A stretch of 64,000 nucleotides of DNA from the NCBI RefSeq assembly GCF_963921235.1, contig NC_086107.1, positions 107,262,001-107,326,000 of the forward strand, in the 5' to 3' direction. The notes below the pieces were generated by a model. It was not told the origin of the DNA. It saw nothing but the letters and a program-made list of their open reading frames with translations, and searched no databases. Within the stretch, counting starts at the first letter, position 1. Every line of letters starts with the position of its first letter. Source of the stretch: Mobula hypostoma (lineage: Eukaryota). Shown in pieces: positions 47,371 through 60,447 of the stretch. Made by a program: the position numbers and the translations under genes.

Positions 47371-47727
47371 CACTTTCTTGTAATTGCACTTACATTCTGG
47401 GTGCTGAATTGCTAATTCTGTTTCTCCTCCCACAGATGCAGTCTGACTCTGAGTATTTTCAGCAACTTTCTGTTTTTATCCTCCTTACCCCTGTTGGAAA
47501 GGGCTGTTCCTTTATCCACAATTTATACCGCAAGTTCTGAATTACCTCAACAGAGAACACCCTCCCCAGCCCCCGTCAAGCACCTCAGGATTGTACATAC
47601 TGCCAGATTTTCCCTCAGTCGTCTAAATTCCAGAGTGTGTCAGCTCAGTGTTTTCAAAATCTTACCTCAAAAGGCAAATTTATCATTCTATGATCAATCT
47701 TGTGAATATTCTCAGCATTCCAAAAGG

Positions 47728-48335
47728 CCATAGGATATAGGAGCAGAATTTAACGTTTGCTCCGACATTTCCCTGTGGTTGATCCACTTTCCCTCTCAGT
47801 TCCAACCTCCTGCCTTCTTCCTGTATCCCTTCATGACCTGACTAATCAAGAATCTATCAACTTCTGCCTTTAATATGACTGGCTTCTACAACCGCCTGTG
47901 GCAATGTATTCCACAGATTCAGCACTCTCTGGCCAAAGAGATTCCTCCTCATCTCCATTCTAAGAAGATGCCTTCTGTGCCCTCCTGTCCTAGACTCCCC
48001 CACCATAGGAAACATCCTCTCCACATCTACCCTCTCAAGTGTGTCAACTTTCGATAGGTTCTAATGAGGCCACCCCTCATTCATCAGACCTCCAGTGAGT
48101 AGAGGCCAAGAGACACCAAAGACTCTTCATATGACAAGCTTTTCAGTCCCGGAATCATTTTTCTGAACCTCTTTTGAACCCTCTCCAAGGCCTGAACATC
48201 CTATCTTAGATAAGGGGCCCAAAACTGCTCAGAATACTCCAAGTGAGGCCTCATCAGTGCCTTATAAAGCCTCAACATTATATCCTTGCTTTGAGATTGT
48301 AGTCCTCTCGTAATAAATGCTAATATCGCATTCCC
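47728..48335 (-). mobile_element. CR1 LINE 3' portion
   Basis: Reverse complement of the LYKALxRPHLEY region and the CR1 3' UTR. Confidence 0.75.
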
Positions 48336-48742
48336 ACCAGGATAAGTTCACTGCTCCTTCAATAAGAAGACTAAGATTTGTTCAATATCTCAGTAAGGTC
48401 TCATCATGACTCTGTAACAATTATTGTAACGGTCTTCTCCTGGCCCAAAATGTTAACCGTTTATTCCCCTCCATAGATGCTACCTGACCTGCTGAGTTCC
48501 TCCAGCATTTTGCGTGTGTTGCTAATGTAACACTTCCTCACTTTATTGAAAGAAGGATGGAATCCATGAAGCTAAAAATTCCGCCCACTTCCCAATTATA
48601 TGGAATACCTGCATGTTAATGCTGCATTTCTTGTACACTGACATTCACATCTTCCTGAACACACATCGATTAGTCTTACACCATCAACTCGAGTCAAATT
48701 AAATACGGTTTATTGTCATGTGCGGTGAAGTACAGGCACGTT

Positions 48743-49265
48743 CAGTACCATACAAAAGCTTTCAGCACATGGACATAGCTGGGGTGCCTAAGACTTTTGC
48801 ACAGTACTGCATTTGTCTACGTGGAGCGGAGAAAAAGTTTGTAAATCTGGCGGGAGCAAAGGTTGTCGGGAATGGCGAGGGTGGAGCGTCGCAGGTGGGG
48901 TGTAGGACAGGTGGCGGAGAAGGAGTGCCATGGGGGGAGGTTGGCACAGGTGTCAACACATCCATCCCTTATACACCAGGCAATGTCATTTGATTCCAAA
49001 CAATCAATTTATTGATCATTACAGAATGTCTCTCTGATGCTCCCCTCTCCCTTCCCCTTTTCCCAACCATAACTCCTCTTTCCCTGCCCCCTTCACCCTC
49101 AGCCCACAATAGAGACCCATATCAGAATCAGGTTTATCAGCACTCATGTATGTCATGAAATTTGATTTGTGTTTGTGGCAACAGTACAGTGCAATACATA
49201 AAATGACTACAGTCTTAGGCATCCTAGTCTTATATCTGTGTCTAAAGCTTTTGCATAGTTCTGTA
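48743..49265. mobile_element. Second copy of the composite MITE-bounded element
   Basis: Palindromic ends (..GTGCCTAAGACTTTTGCACAGTACTG) and an internal sequence colinear with 22182-22933. Confidence 0.65.
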
Positions 49266-49789
49266 CTTGCAGCAGCATTACAGATTACAGACAGCAGAGT
49301 CATAAAGCAATAGAACACTGCAGCACAGAAAAAGGCCCTTCAGCCCATCTAGTTTGTGCCAAACTCTTGCTCTACCTGCACCTGGACCCTCACATCCATG
49401 TATGTTTGTACTTATACACATCTCTTTTAAATGTTGAAATCAAACCCATGTTCACCACTTCCACTAGGGTCTCAATCCACACTTGCACTACCCTCTGACT
49501 GAAGAAATTCCTACATGTAGAATCCACATCACAGAGAACATAAAACTATACTATACAGCTAAAAAGGAAAACAAAAAGACTGTGAACGCAAGACCTTACT
49601 GTTTTAAAAAAAATAGATTAAGACACAATCAAAGACAAATTCATGCAAGGCAGAGAGGGAGTCTCTGGGGTTCCATTACTACTGAAGTAAGGTTAAAGCT
49701 GTTCAAGATAAGTTCAAGAATCTAAAGGCTGTAGTGAATTAGCTGTTGGGGTAGGATCTAATTAATATTCTGTTTCCTGTTCTTCATGT

Positions 49790-52700
49790 CAAACTTCACG
49801 CTTCTCTCTAACATACTCCATTTGTCATCTACGTGCCCTCTCACTTAACCTACCTATACCCCTTCGCAGACTTTATCTGTCTCTTCCACTTTCAGCACCC
49901 GAGAATACCATACACTCAGTCCATTCATTTACATCATTAACATACCAATCATTTTTATAGCCTGTTGATCTGAAAACTATCCATTTCTTTTTGTACTTTC
50001 TGTGAATTAACAAATATGCTACTCACAATATCATGAGTCCTTTTCTGTGGAATAATATTTTACGCAAACTTTGTCAGATAACGTTTGGAAATCCATACAC
50101 ACTACATCCATTGTTTCCCTTTAATCCACCCTAATGCTTGCATCTTCGAAGGACACTAATATATTTGTCAAACACAGTGACCCTTTCAGAAACCTGTGTT
50201 ATCTCTGCCTAATCATATCTTGGTTTTCTAAGTGAACTGTTACTGTTGTCCTTGATAATGGTTCTCATTATTTTTTGGAAGAGAATTGTTGGTCTAACCA
50301 AAGAACAGTTTCCTTTTCCATCCTTTCTACAACAACATTGTTACACTTGGTTACCCAATCCATTGGGACAGCCAGAATCCAGCAAATTTTGAAATTTCAC
50401 TGCCTGCAGTCAAGGAGTGACACACACTGCTGGACTGAACAGAGGTGAACGGAACATTCCTGGACTATCTAACTGACTTTGTGGTTTCGTGTTTTATATT
50501 CTGTGATTTTTGCTCTTTTTGCCGTTTGCACAGCTTGTTCTTGTTTCTTCATGTTGGGTGTTCAATGAATTTTCTTTGAACGGTTCCCATCATTCCTTTG
50601 TTTTGTGACTGCGCGGGGGAAGACGAGTATCAGGGTATACTGCATACATGCTTTGATAATAAACGTACTTTAAATCAGTGTACCTAATATCTTTGGAGCC
50701 ACTTTCTTTTAAACTGCAAGACAGACTCCCTCACATCCAAGGGATTCGCCAATCTTCAAGTCAAGCTTATTGTCATTTAACTATATACATGTATACTGTC
50801 AAACGAGACAATGTTTCTCCAAACCAGGGTTTAAAGCACTTTAGTATAGTAAGAATGAAATCTACAGTTGGATTACACATAAATAAACTAACTACAGTGC
50901 ATAAATTAAATATTATAAGGCACAGAAGTGGTTAACCAGTGACACTTTGAATGCAATGCGGCCGGAAGTTCAGAAGTCTAATGCCCTGAGGGAAGAAACT
51001 GTTTCTCACCCTGACCATTCTTGTTTTTATGCATCGGAGTCTCCTGCCTGATAGTAGAAAGTCAAAGAGGATGCTGGATGAATGGGTGGGATCCTTAAAA
51101 ATACTAAGGGCCCTGCAAATGCAGTGGCCCTGATAAATGTTCCTGATGGATGGTAGGGAGACCCCTACGATCCTCTCAGCTGTTCTCACAGTCCTTTGTA
51201 GGGACTTCTGGTCCGATGCCTGACTGCTCCCATAGCAGATGGAGATGCAACTCGTCAGGACACTCTCAATGGTGCTTCTAAACATGAAGTTAAGATGGAG
51301 GGATGGGGGGAGCCTCAGTTTCCTCAATCTGTTTAGGAAGTGGATACACTGATGTGCCTTCTTGTTCAGGGAGGTAATAGTAAGGGACCAGGTGAGGTAA
51401 TCTGTGATGTAAACTCCCAGGAACTTGGTGTGCTTAATTCTTTCTACGGAGGAGCCATGTATTCGCTGAAGGGGGTGGTTCATCCTGAAGTCCTCAATGA
51501 TTTCCTTGATTTCTCCATGTTCAGATTTAAGTTGCTCTTCTCACACCAGTCCACCAGCCACTCCACTTCCTCTCTGTTCTGCAAGAGGAGTACATCTTAT
51601 ATTCATTCATGATAAGAACATGTTTAAATTTCTCCTTCATATTTTCTCCTTTATTTCCAACTAGATTTTTGATGGATTTTGTCTTCCACAAGCACTAAAT
51701 ATTTATGCAAGAACTTTCCCATTTACTTGCCCTCCACTATTTAACGGTTTCTATTTTATCTACCATCTTTCTTTCTATATTTTTTGTTGAATTCATGCAA
51801 TCTATTTTCATTTTATTCTTATAGTCTGCCTTCTCCATCTTATCAAATGTTTTGCCCTTATTTGCTGCTTTCTAAAATTCATCTGATCCTCGGTTCCACC
51901 ACTATTCTTTGCAACATTATAAGGCCTTTGTTTCAATCAATACCATCATTAACTTCTTTGGTTAGCCATGGATGAATCCCCTCTCATATAGACTCTTTAT
52001 TCCTCAGTGGCTTGTATTTGTTAAATATTTCTCTAAATAGCTGTCTTCACCTTTTCTTATACTTCCAATTTCTCAATCCACTCTCACCCATTCTTCTTTC
52101 ACGTGACTATAAGGTAGAGGAGCAGAATTAGATCATTCGGCCCATCGAGTCAGCTCCATCATTACATACTGGCTGATTTATTATCTCTCTCAACCCCATT
52201 CTCCTGCCTTCTTCCCATAACCATTGATGCCTTACAAATTAAGAACTCATCAACCTCCACTTTAAATAGCCCAATGACATGGCCTCCACAACCATCTGTA
52301 GAAATGAATTCCACAGCTTCACTGCCCTCTGGCTAAAGAAATTCCTACTTGTTCGAGAGGGACTTCTTTCTGTTATGAGTCATAGAGTCATAGAATTGTA
52401 CAGCACAGAAACACGTCCTTCGGCCCATCAAATTGCCCACTCCCATCGACCTGCACTGGGATCATAGCCCTCCAAATCACTACTGTCCATGTACCTATCC
52501 AAACTTCTCTTAAATTTTGAAATCGAGCTTGCATGCACCACTTGCAGTGGCTTTCAAGACTCTCTGAGGGAGAAAGTTTCCCCTGAGGCTGTGCCCTCTG
52601 GTCCTAGACTCCCCCACTACAGCAAACATCCACTCCACATCCACTCTATATTTCAATATTTGATAGGTTCCAGTGAAATCCCTCCACCTCCCTCCGTCTT

Positions 52701-53400
52701 CCTAACTCCTGTGAGTACTGGCTCAGAGCCATCAACACTCCTCGAATGTTAACCCTTTCGTTCCTGGGATCATTTCGTACATTGCAATATCTTTATTTAA
52801 GTTTAATATCCTTGTTTTTGCAACTTTCAAATGGAATGTGCAATTCTATCATAATATGATCACACTTATTCAAAGGATCATTCACTATGATCTAATTAAT
52901 CCTGTTTCACTATATGTGGCCATGGAGCCTGTTCTCTGAATGTATCGTTCAGAGAAACTAACTCCAATGTATTCCATTAACTCATCCTCAGAATTACTGC
53001 TGCCAATTTGATTTGCCCAAACTACATAAAGATTAAAGTCCCCCATGATGATTGCATTAACCTCCTTACAAGTTCCCATTATTCTGAGATTGCTTCTTTG
53101 TCTGGCGGACTGCTCTTACAAATGATTTATTTTCATTGCTATTTCCTATCTCCAAGATCATTTCTCATGGAAGCTCTAATACCGTTCTGTATCTCAAGAG
53201 CTGCTCTCTTCCATTCTGCTTACTCTATTGTCAAGTAATCTGCGAGTAATGGGTCCCCTTGCAAACACATCTCTATTAGGTTTTCCGTCGTTATATGTAC
53301 ATCCATTCATTGGTCCAAATATCCTATCCTTTAATTTAAAATTTTTACTACTTTCCCATAATTTGGCTTTATTTTCTGCTGCACTCTTGCATGCTCCAGC
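49790..53400 (-). mobile_element. Old fragmented CR1 (RT to endonuclease) with nested younger insertions
   Basis: Degenerate CR1 RT remnants at 49790-50400 and 51590-52080; IIMGDFNL..V.W endonuclease motif near 53020-53055; younger CR1 tails at 52108-52780. Confidence 0.55.
50755..51580 (-). mobile_element. Rex1/Babar-type LINE 3' portion
   Basis: VERIKHTKFLGVYI..IESVLTSCISICYG..LQRTVRTAERIVG..LLSGRRLR..RNSFFPQ. Confidence 0.8.
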
Positions 53401-53426
53401 TGCTCTTCATTGCACAGCCTTTGGAC

Positions 53427-53682
53427 CAGCACTGTAGCATAGTGGTTAGCACAACACTTCCCAGGACAGGTGACCTGGGTTCAATTCCTGCCGCCGACTG
53501 TAAGGAGCTTGTACGTTCTCCCCGTGACCGTGTGGGTTTCCTCCGGGTGCTCTGCTTTCCTCCCACAGTCCAAAGACGTACCGGTTGGTAGGTTAATTGG
53601 CCATTGTAAACTGTCCCGTGATTGGGCTGGCCGGCTTGAAGGGCTGGAAGTGCCTATTCTGTGCTGTATCACAATAAGTAAA
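53427..53682 (+). mobile_element. V-domain (HE1-like) tRNA-derived SINE, near full length
   Basis: A-box TAGCATAGTGG, B-box GGTTCAATTCC, V core and CR1-like tail. Confidence 0.85.
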
Positions 53683-54059
53683 TGAATGAATGAATTAACC
53701 ATTTCTCTTCATGACATCTCCACAATTCCCTTATCTTTGAGCATGGCCAGGATGGTGGGGGTCCTTGATGATGGATGCTGCTCCTTGTAGATGTGCTCAT
53801 TGGTGGGGAGGGCTTTTCCTGTGATGGACTGGGCTGGGAAAAGTGAGCCTCTGCCAACACTAACCTTGTATGTTTCCACATCTGCCAAGTTCAGGGTTAC
53901 TAGCCTTCACTCTGTAATCAATGCTCAGAACATCTAACTTCAGAGGTGTGTGCGCCTTCTAGCTCAAAATGTTACAATAACATTTCTCCCACCCAAAGCA
54001 GTGTAGCCTTCAGAACACAAATAAGTGAAAATCTGCAGATGCTGGAAATCAAAGGAATG

Positions 54060-54600
54060 GGATAATGATGACCCATTCCCATTCCAATAAGTCAACCCGT
54101 GACCTCTTCTACTGTCACGATGAGGCCACACTCAGGTTGGAGGAACAACACCTTATATCTTATCTGGGTAGCCTCCAACCTGATGGCATAAGCATCGATT
54201 TCTCGAACTTCCGGTAATGCCCCCCCTCCTCTTCACTATTTCCCATCCCCTTTTCCCTCTCTTACCTTACCTCCTTGCCTGCCCATCGCCTCTCTCTGGT
54301 GCTCCTCCCTCCTTTTCTTTCTTCCATGGCCTTCTGTTCCCTCCTATCAGACTCCCCATTCTCCAGCCCTGTATCTCTTTCACCACTCAACTTCCCAGCT
54401 CTTTACTTCATCCCCCCCCCCCCCACTCCCGGTTTCACCTCTTGCCTTGTGTTTCTCTCTCCCCTGGCCCACCTTTTAAATCTACTCCTAATCTTTTTTT
54501 CTCCAGTCCTGCCGAAAGGTCTTGACCCAAAAAGTCAACTGTACTTTTTTTTATATATGCTGCCTGGCCTGCTGAGTTCCTCCAGCACTTTGTGTGTGTA
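54060..54600 (+). mobile_element. Penelope-like element 3' end plus pLTR
   Basis: YCHDEATLRLEEQHLISYLGSLQPDG; hammerhead remnant CAGTCCTGCCGAAAGGTCTTGACCCAAAAAGTCAACTG. Confidence 0.8.
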
Positions 54601-54752
54601 GCCTTTGGAACTTAGATTCCAGCTCAACAAACGTGATTAGACACTTCTTAATATGTAAGCATAATTTGTGGGATTGCTGATATCCAACACCCCACTCTTG
54701 CCAAAGCTACAGCTCATTACGTGCCCTGCCACTCTAACAAACTTGACACATA

Positions 54753-55321
54753 CACTCAGTGACCACTTTATTAGATACCTCCCATTTTTAATAAAATGGC
54801 CACTGGGTGTATGTTCATGTTCTTCTGCTGCTGTGGCCCATCCATTTCTGGGATCAGCATGTTGTGCATTCAGAGATGCTCTTCTACACACCACTGCTGC
54901 AACACGTGGTTAAAAGAGTTACTGTCACCTTCCTATCAGCTTGAACCAATATGGCCATTCTCCTTTGATCTCTCATTGACAAGGCATTTTCGCTCACAGA
55001 AATGCCATTCACTGGATTTTTTTTTCACTTTTCTCACCATTCTCTGTAAACTCTAGAGATTGTTATGCATGAAAATCCCAGGCAATCAGCAGTTTCTGAG
55101 ATACTCAAACCACCCCATCTGGCACCAACAATCATTCCATGGTCAAAGTCACTTAGATCACATTTCTTCCCCGTTCTGATGTTTGGTCTGAACAATAACT
55201 GAATCTCTTGACCGTGTCTGCATGCTTTTATGCATTGAGTTGCTGTCACATGATTGGCTGATTAAATATTTGCATTAACGAGCAGGTGTACAGGTGTAAC
55301 TCATAAAGTGGCTACTGAGTT
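54753..55321 (-). mobile_element. Tc1-derived non-autonomous DNA transposon
   Basis: TIRs CACTCAGTGACCACTTTATTAG / CTCATAAAGTGGCTACTGAGT flanked by TA. Encodes the Tc1 N-terminus GKKCDLSDFDHGMIVGARWGGLSISETAD. Confidence 0.85.
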
Positions 55322-55334
55322 TATAAAGTGTAAA

Positions 55335-56028
55335 CTGCAGGCAGTTTCAAACTCCTGGGAGTGCACATCTCAAACAACCTCTCAAGATCCCAGAACATGT
55401 CCTCCAAGGTCATGCAAGCTCACCAATGCCTTTACTTTCTGAGGAGGCAGACCATGCACACCAATACCCACGGCCTCCTGCGGATGCGCAGGTGAGAACA
55501 CGCTGCACGCTGCATCACTGTGTGGTATGGACACTGCGCTGCGGTGGAGATGAGGGCTCTGCAACGGGTAGTTAAAATGCCAAGCACATCACTGGCACCA
55601 GCCTACCACCAATCAAAGACATATATATATAGAACGGTACCGTGAAACACAGCAGCGCCATGAAGGAGCCCACCCACCCTGCTCACGGACTGTTTGTCCC
55701 ACTCCCATCAGGGAGGAGGCTAAGCTGCATACACACCAGGACTACCAATTACTTCCCCCAGGGTGCCAGGCAGATCAGCACCTCCACCCAATAACCCATT
55801 TATCATTCCCTGTCAGTCACCTTATGTACAGAGACACCAGTATCTATCGTCACTTAATGTATATACAGTACAATCAGTCCTATGTATATAGGCTGATCTT
55901 ACGTATTTATATTTATTATGTTTTTATTGTGTTCTTTATCTTATTGTGTTTTTATGCTGCATTGAATCCAGAGTAACAATCATTTTGTTCTCCTTTGCAC
56001 TTGCGTACTGAAGAATGACGGTAAACAA
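55335..56028 (+). mobile_element. Rex1/Babar-type LINE 3' portion, older
   Basis: Degenerate CITVWYG..LQRVVK..HPAHGLFVPLPSGRRL motif and 3' UTR. Confidence 0.65.
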
Positions 56029-56826
56029 TAGACAATAGACAATAGGTGCAGGAGTAGGCCATTCAGCCCTTCGAGCCAGCACCACCATTCACTGTGATCA
56101 TGGCTGATCATCCACAATCAGTACCCTTTTCCTGCCTTCTCCCCGTATCCCTTCACTCCGCTATCTTCAAGAGCTCTATCTAACTCTTTCTTGAAAGAAT
56201 CCAGAGAATCGGCCTCCACTGCCTTCTGAGGCAGAGCATTCCACAGAACCACAACCCTCTGTGTGAAAAAATTTTTCCTCAACTCCGTTCTAAATGGTCT
56301 ACCCCTTATTCTTAAACTGTGGCCTCTGGTTCTGGACTCACCCATCAGCGGGAACATGCTTCCTGCCTGCAGCGTGTCCAATCCCTTAATAATCTTATAT
56401 GTTTCAATCAGATCCCCTCTCATCCTTCTAAATTCCAGTGTATACAACCCCAGTCACTCCAATCTTTCAACATATGACAGTCCCTCCGTCCGGGGAATTA
56501 ACCTCGTGAACCTACGCTGCACCCCCTCAATAGCTAGAATGTCCTTCCTCAAATTTGGAGACCAAAACTGTACACAATACTCCAGGTGTGGTCTCACCAG
56601 GGCCCTGTACAACTGCAGAAGGACCTCTTTGCTCCTATACTCAACTCCCCTTGTTATGAAGGCCAGCATGCTATTAGCTTTCTTCACTGCCTGCTGTACC
56701 TGCATGCTTACTTTCAGTGACTGATGAACAAGGACACCTAGATCTCATTGTACTTCCCCTTTTCCTAACTTGACACCATTCAGATAGTAATCTGCCTTCC
56801 TGTTCTTGCCACCAAAGTGGATAACC
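56027..56826 (-). mobile_element. CR1 LINE 3' portion, young, with (ATTGTCT)n tail
   Basis: KKANSMLAFI..LYRALVRPHLEYCVQFWSP..LEFRRMRGDLIETYK..FFTQRVVVLWNALP. Confidence 0.92.
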
Positions 56827-58040
56827 AATCTTGAATCTCTTCCTGAGAACGTGAATTGTGGAGACCTTGAAAGTGAGTTCATCAGCTATTAACTTACTAA
56901 TCAAGAACCTATCAACTCTAATATACCCAATGACTTTACCTCCACAGCTGTCTGTGGCAATGAATTCCACAGATTTACCACCCTCTGACTGAAGAAATTC
57001 CTCTTCTCTTCTGAAGGAATATCCTTGTATTCTGAGGCTGTGCCCTCTGGTCCTAGACCACCCCCCCCCCACTATAGGAAACACCCTCAGCACATCCACT
57101 CTATCTGGGCCTTTCAATACTCGATAGGTTTCAATAAGATCCACCCCCCCATTCTTCTAAACTCCAGTGAGTACAGGCTCATCCTACACCAACAGCAACA
57201 CTCTACTGAGATCAACACCCCAAAACCAGTCCAATGCCAACACCAAAAACAACTCAACACAGAGCCAACACTAACCCAACTCAGCACCGACACACCAGTA
57301 TCAACTCAACATCACTGCTCTGTGAGGTTTATGCAGCTCCGCGCTGAGCTGCAGTGATGCCCGGCTTTGTGTCTGTGGTCTCGCACCGTTTACTCAGCTC
57401 TGCTCTGAACTGAGGCCGCGGCCTGTTCCAGCTGCAGTGACGCCCGGCTTTGCACCTTTTGTAATACTTCAGTTCAGAAGCGATATGCTGACTTTTATTG
57501 TTTGTGTGATTTGCTTTGCTTCTCTCTCCCTCTCTCCACGCATTGGGTGTTTGTCGGGTTTTCTTAATGGTTTCTTTGTTTTGCGGCTGCCTGTAAGGAG
57601 ATGAATCTCAAGATTGTATAATTTATACATACTTTGAATACCAACCCCAACCTACACCAAACACTTCTCGACAGTCCTCCACCAAAACACCATCACAATA
57701 TCAGTCCAATACCACCATCAACCCAGCTCCCTAGTGCCAACACCAACTGCACACAAACACCAGTCCAACACTAACCAACGTCAACCACCCATCAACAGCA
57801 TTGCAATCAAATGAACACAACACCAATCCAAAACAGTCCTATAACTCCAAAGACAAGAAGTCCAACATTATCATCCAAATGAGCAATATTATCACCAAAA
57901 CTTCCTCCAATATCAATGGCAGATAAATATTGCTTTCTCCACCAACCCTGAACATACAGTTCTGTCCTCCCTGGCCTTTAGTCCACATTTCCTTGAAGAC
58001 ATGCCCATTCCTGTCTGGTGAGTGGGTGTGTTCCTACAGA

Positions 58041-58313
58041 GGCACGGCAGTGTAGTGGTTAGCACACCACTCTACAGTACAGGGGACCCGGGTTCGAGTC
58101 CTGCTGCTGCCTGTGTGTAGTTTGTACATTCTTCCCGGGTCTACATGAGTTTCCTCCGGGTGCTCTGGTTTCCTCCCACAGTCCAAAGGCATCGCGGTTG
58201 ATGGGTTAATTAGTCATTGTAAAGTGCCCAGTGATTAGGCTAGGGTTAAATCGAGGGACTGCTGGGCAGCACGGCCAGAAGGGCCTGTTCCACGCTGTAT
58301 CTCAATAAATAAA
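58041..58313 (+). mobile_element. V-domain tRNA-derived SINE, near full length
   Basis: A-box region GTGTAGTGG, B-box GGTTCGAGTCC, V core and tail TCTCAATAAATA. Confidence 0.85.
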
Positions 58314-58534
58314 AACGAATGTGACTGATTCAATGTGCTGTTCATTTGCGAGGGATGATGCCTACTGCTCCACCTGCTGGCTGGGTTTGATCTGTATCTC
58401 TGCAAGTCCAAACTCCTCCAGCACACATCCAGGTTACTAGAGCAACACACAAAAAAAGCTGGAGGTACTCAACAGGTCAGGCAGCATCTGCGGAGGGAAA
58501 AGGATGGATAATGTTTCAGGTTGAGACCCTTCAT

Positions 58535-60022
58535 AGTCATAGTCATAGTCATAGTCATACTTTATTAATCCTGGAGGAAATCGGTTTTCGTTACAGTTGC
58601 TCCATAAATAATAAATAGTAATAGAACCATAAATAGTTAAATAGTTATATGTAAATTATGCCAGTAAATTATGAAATAAGTCCAGGACCAGCCTATTGGC
58701 TCAGGATGTCTGACCCTCCAAGGAAGGAGTTGTAAAGTTTGATGGCCACAGGCAGGAAAGACTTCCTATGACACTCTGTGTTGAATCTCGGAAAAATGAG
58801 TCTCTGGCTGAATGTACTCCTGTGCCCACCCAGTACATTATGTAGTGGATGGGAGACATTGTCCAAGATGGCATACAACTTAGACAGCATCCTCTTTTCG
58901 GACATAACCGTGAGAGAATCCAGTTCCATCCCCACAATATCACTGGCCTTATGAATGAGTTTGTTGATTCTGTTGGTGTCTGCTACCCTCAGCCTGCTGC
59001 CCCAGCACACAACAACAAACATGATAGCACTGGCCACCACAGACTCGTAGAACATCCTCAGCATCATCCGCCAGATGTTAAAGGACCTCAGTCTCCTCAG
59101 GAAATAGAGACGGCTCTGACCCTTCTTGTAGACAGCCTCAGTGTTCTTTGACCAGTCCAGTTTATTGCCAATTCATATCCCCAGGTATTTGTAATCCTCC
59201 ACCATGTCCACACTGACCCCCCTGGATAGAAACAAGGGTCACCGGTACCTTAGCTCTCCTCATGTCAACCACCAGCTCCTTAGTCTTTTTCACATTAAGC
59301 TGCAGATAATTCTGCTCACACCATGTGACAAAATTTCCTACCATAGCCCTGTACTCAGCCTCATCTCCCTTGCTGATCATCCAACTATGGCAGAGTCATC
59401 CGAAAACTTCTGAAGATGACAAAACTCTGTGCAGTAGTTGAAGTCTGGGGTGTAACTGGTGAAGAGAAAGGGAGACAAGACAGCCCCCTGTGGAACCCCA
59501 GTGCTGCTGATCACTCTGTCGGACACACAGTGTTGCAAGCACACGTACTGTGGTTTGCCAGTCAGGTAATCAAGAATCCATGATACCAGGAAAGCATCCA
59601 CCTGCATCGCTGTCAGCTTCTCCCCCAGCAGAGCAGGGCGGATGGTGTTGAACGCACTGGAGAAGTCAAAAAACATGACCTTCACAGTGCTCGCTGGCTT
59701 GTCCAGGTGGGTGTAGTCAGTCATGGTTCAGCAGGAAGACGATGGCATCCTCAATTCCTAGTCAGGGCTGGTAGGCGAACTGGAGGGGATCTAAGTGTGG
59801 TCTGACCATAGGTCGGAGCAGCTCCAGAACAAGTCTCTCCAGGGTCTTCATGATGTGGGAGGTCAATGCCACCGGTCTGTAGTCATTGAGGCCGCTGGGG
59901 CGCGGCATCTTCGGCACAGGGACGAGGCAGGGCGTCTTCCACGATACAGGAACCCTCCGGAGCCTCAGGCTCAGGTTGAATACATGGCGAAGTACTCCAC
60001 ATAGCTGAGGGGCTTGAGCACC
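58535..60022 (-). mobile_element. Rex1-type LINE RT to 3' end, inserted in a PLE hammerhead
   Basis: NDYRPVALTSHIMKTLERLVL, MFFDFSSAFNTI, TGVPQGAVLSPFLF, KFSDDSAIVG; (ATGACT)n tail. Confidence 0.9.
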
Positions 60023-60087
60023 CATCAGGACTGAAAGGTAGAGGGGAGATAGAAAGTGTGTCAGGGGTGTCACAGTAGTCTATTGTT

Positions 60088-60447
60088 TCATCATCATCAT
60101 CATTATGTGCTGTAAGGTATGACGTGGGCGATCATGGTCTCTTGATCATCATTGTTCTTGGCAAACTTTTCTACGGAAGTGGTTTGCCATTGCCTTCTTC
60201 CTGGCGGTGCTCTAACAAGACAGGTGACTCCAGCCGTTATCAATAGTCTTCAGAGGTTGTCTGCCTGGTGTCAGTGGTGGCATAACCAGGACTTGTGATC
60301 TGGACCAGCTGCTCCCATGGCTTCTCATGACCCCGATCGGGTGGCTATGCAGGTGCTACACCTTGCCCAAGGGTGACCTGTGGGTTAGCAGACGGAAGAA
60401 GCGCCTTACACCTCCTTTGGTAGAGATGCATCTCCGCTCCGCCACCC
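60088..60447 (-). mobile_element. RTE-tailed SINE-like element, full length, with (ATG)n tail
   Basis: Minus strand starts GGGTGGCGGAGCGGAGATGCATCTC, contains GAAGAAGGCAATGGCAAACCACTTC and ends CACATAATGATGATGATGA. Confidence 0.7.

Noticed and set aside
53427..53495. tRNA genes at A/B-box motifs (also 26218, 44343, 58041)
   Set aside because: They are SINE heads continuing into the V-domain core, and I see no complete cloverleaf.
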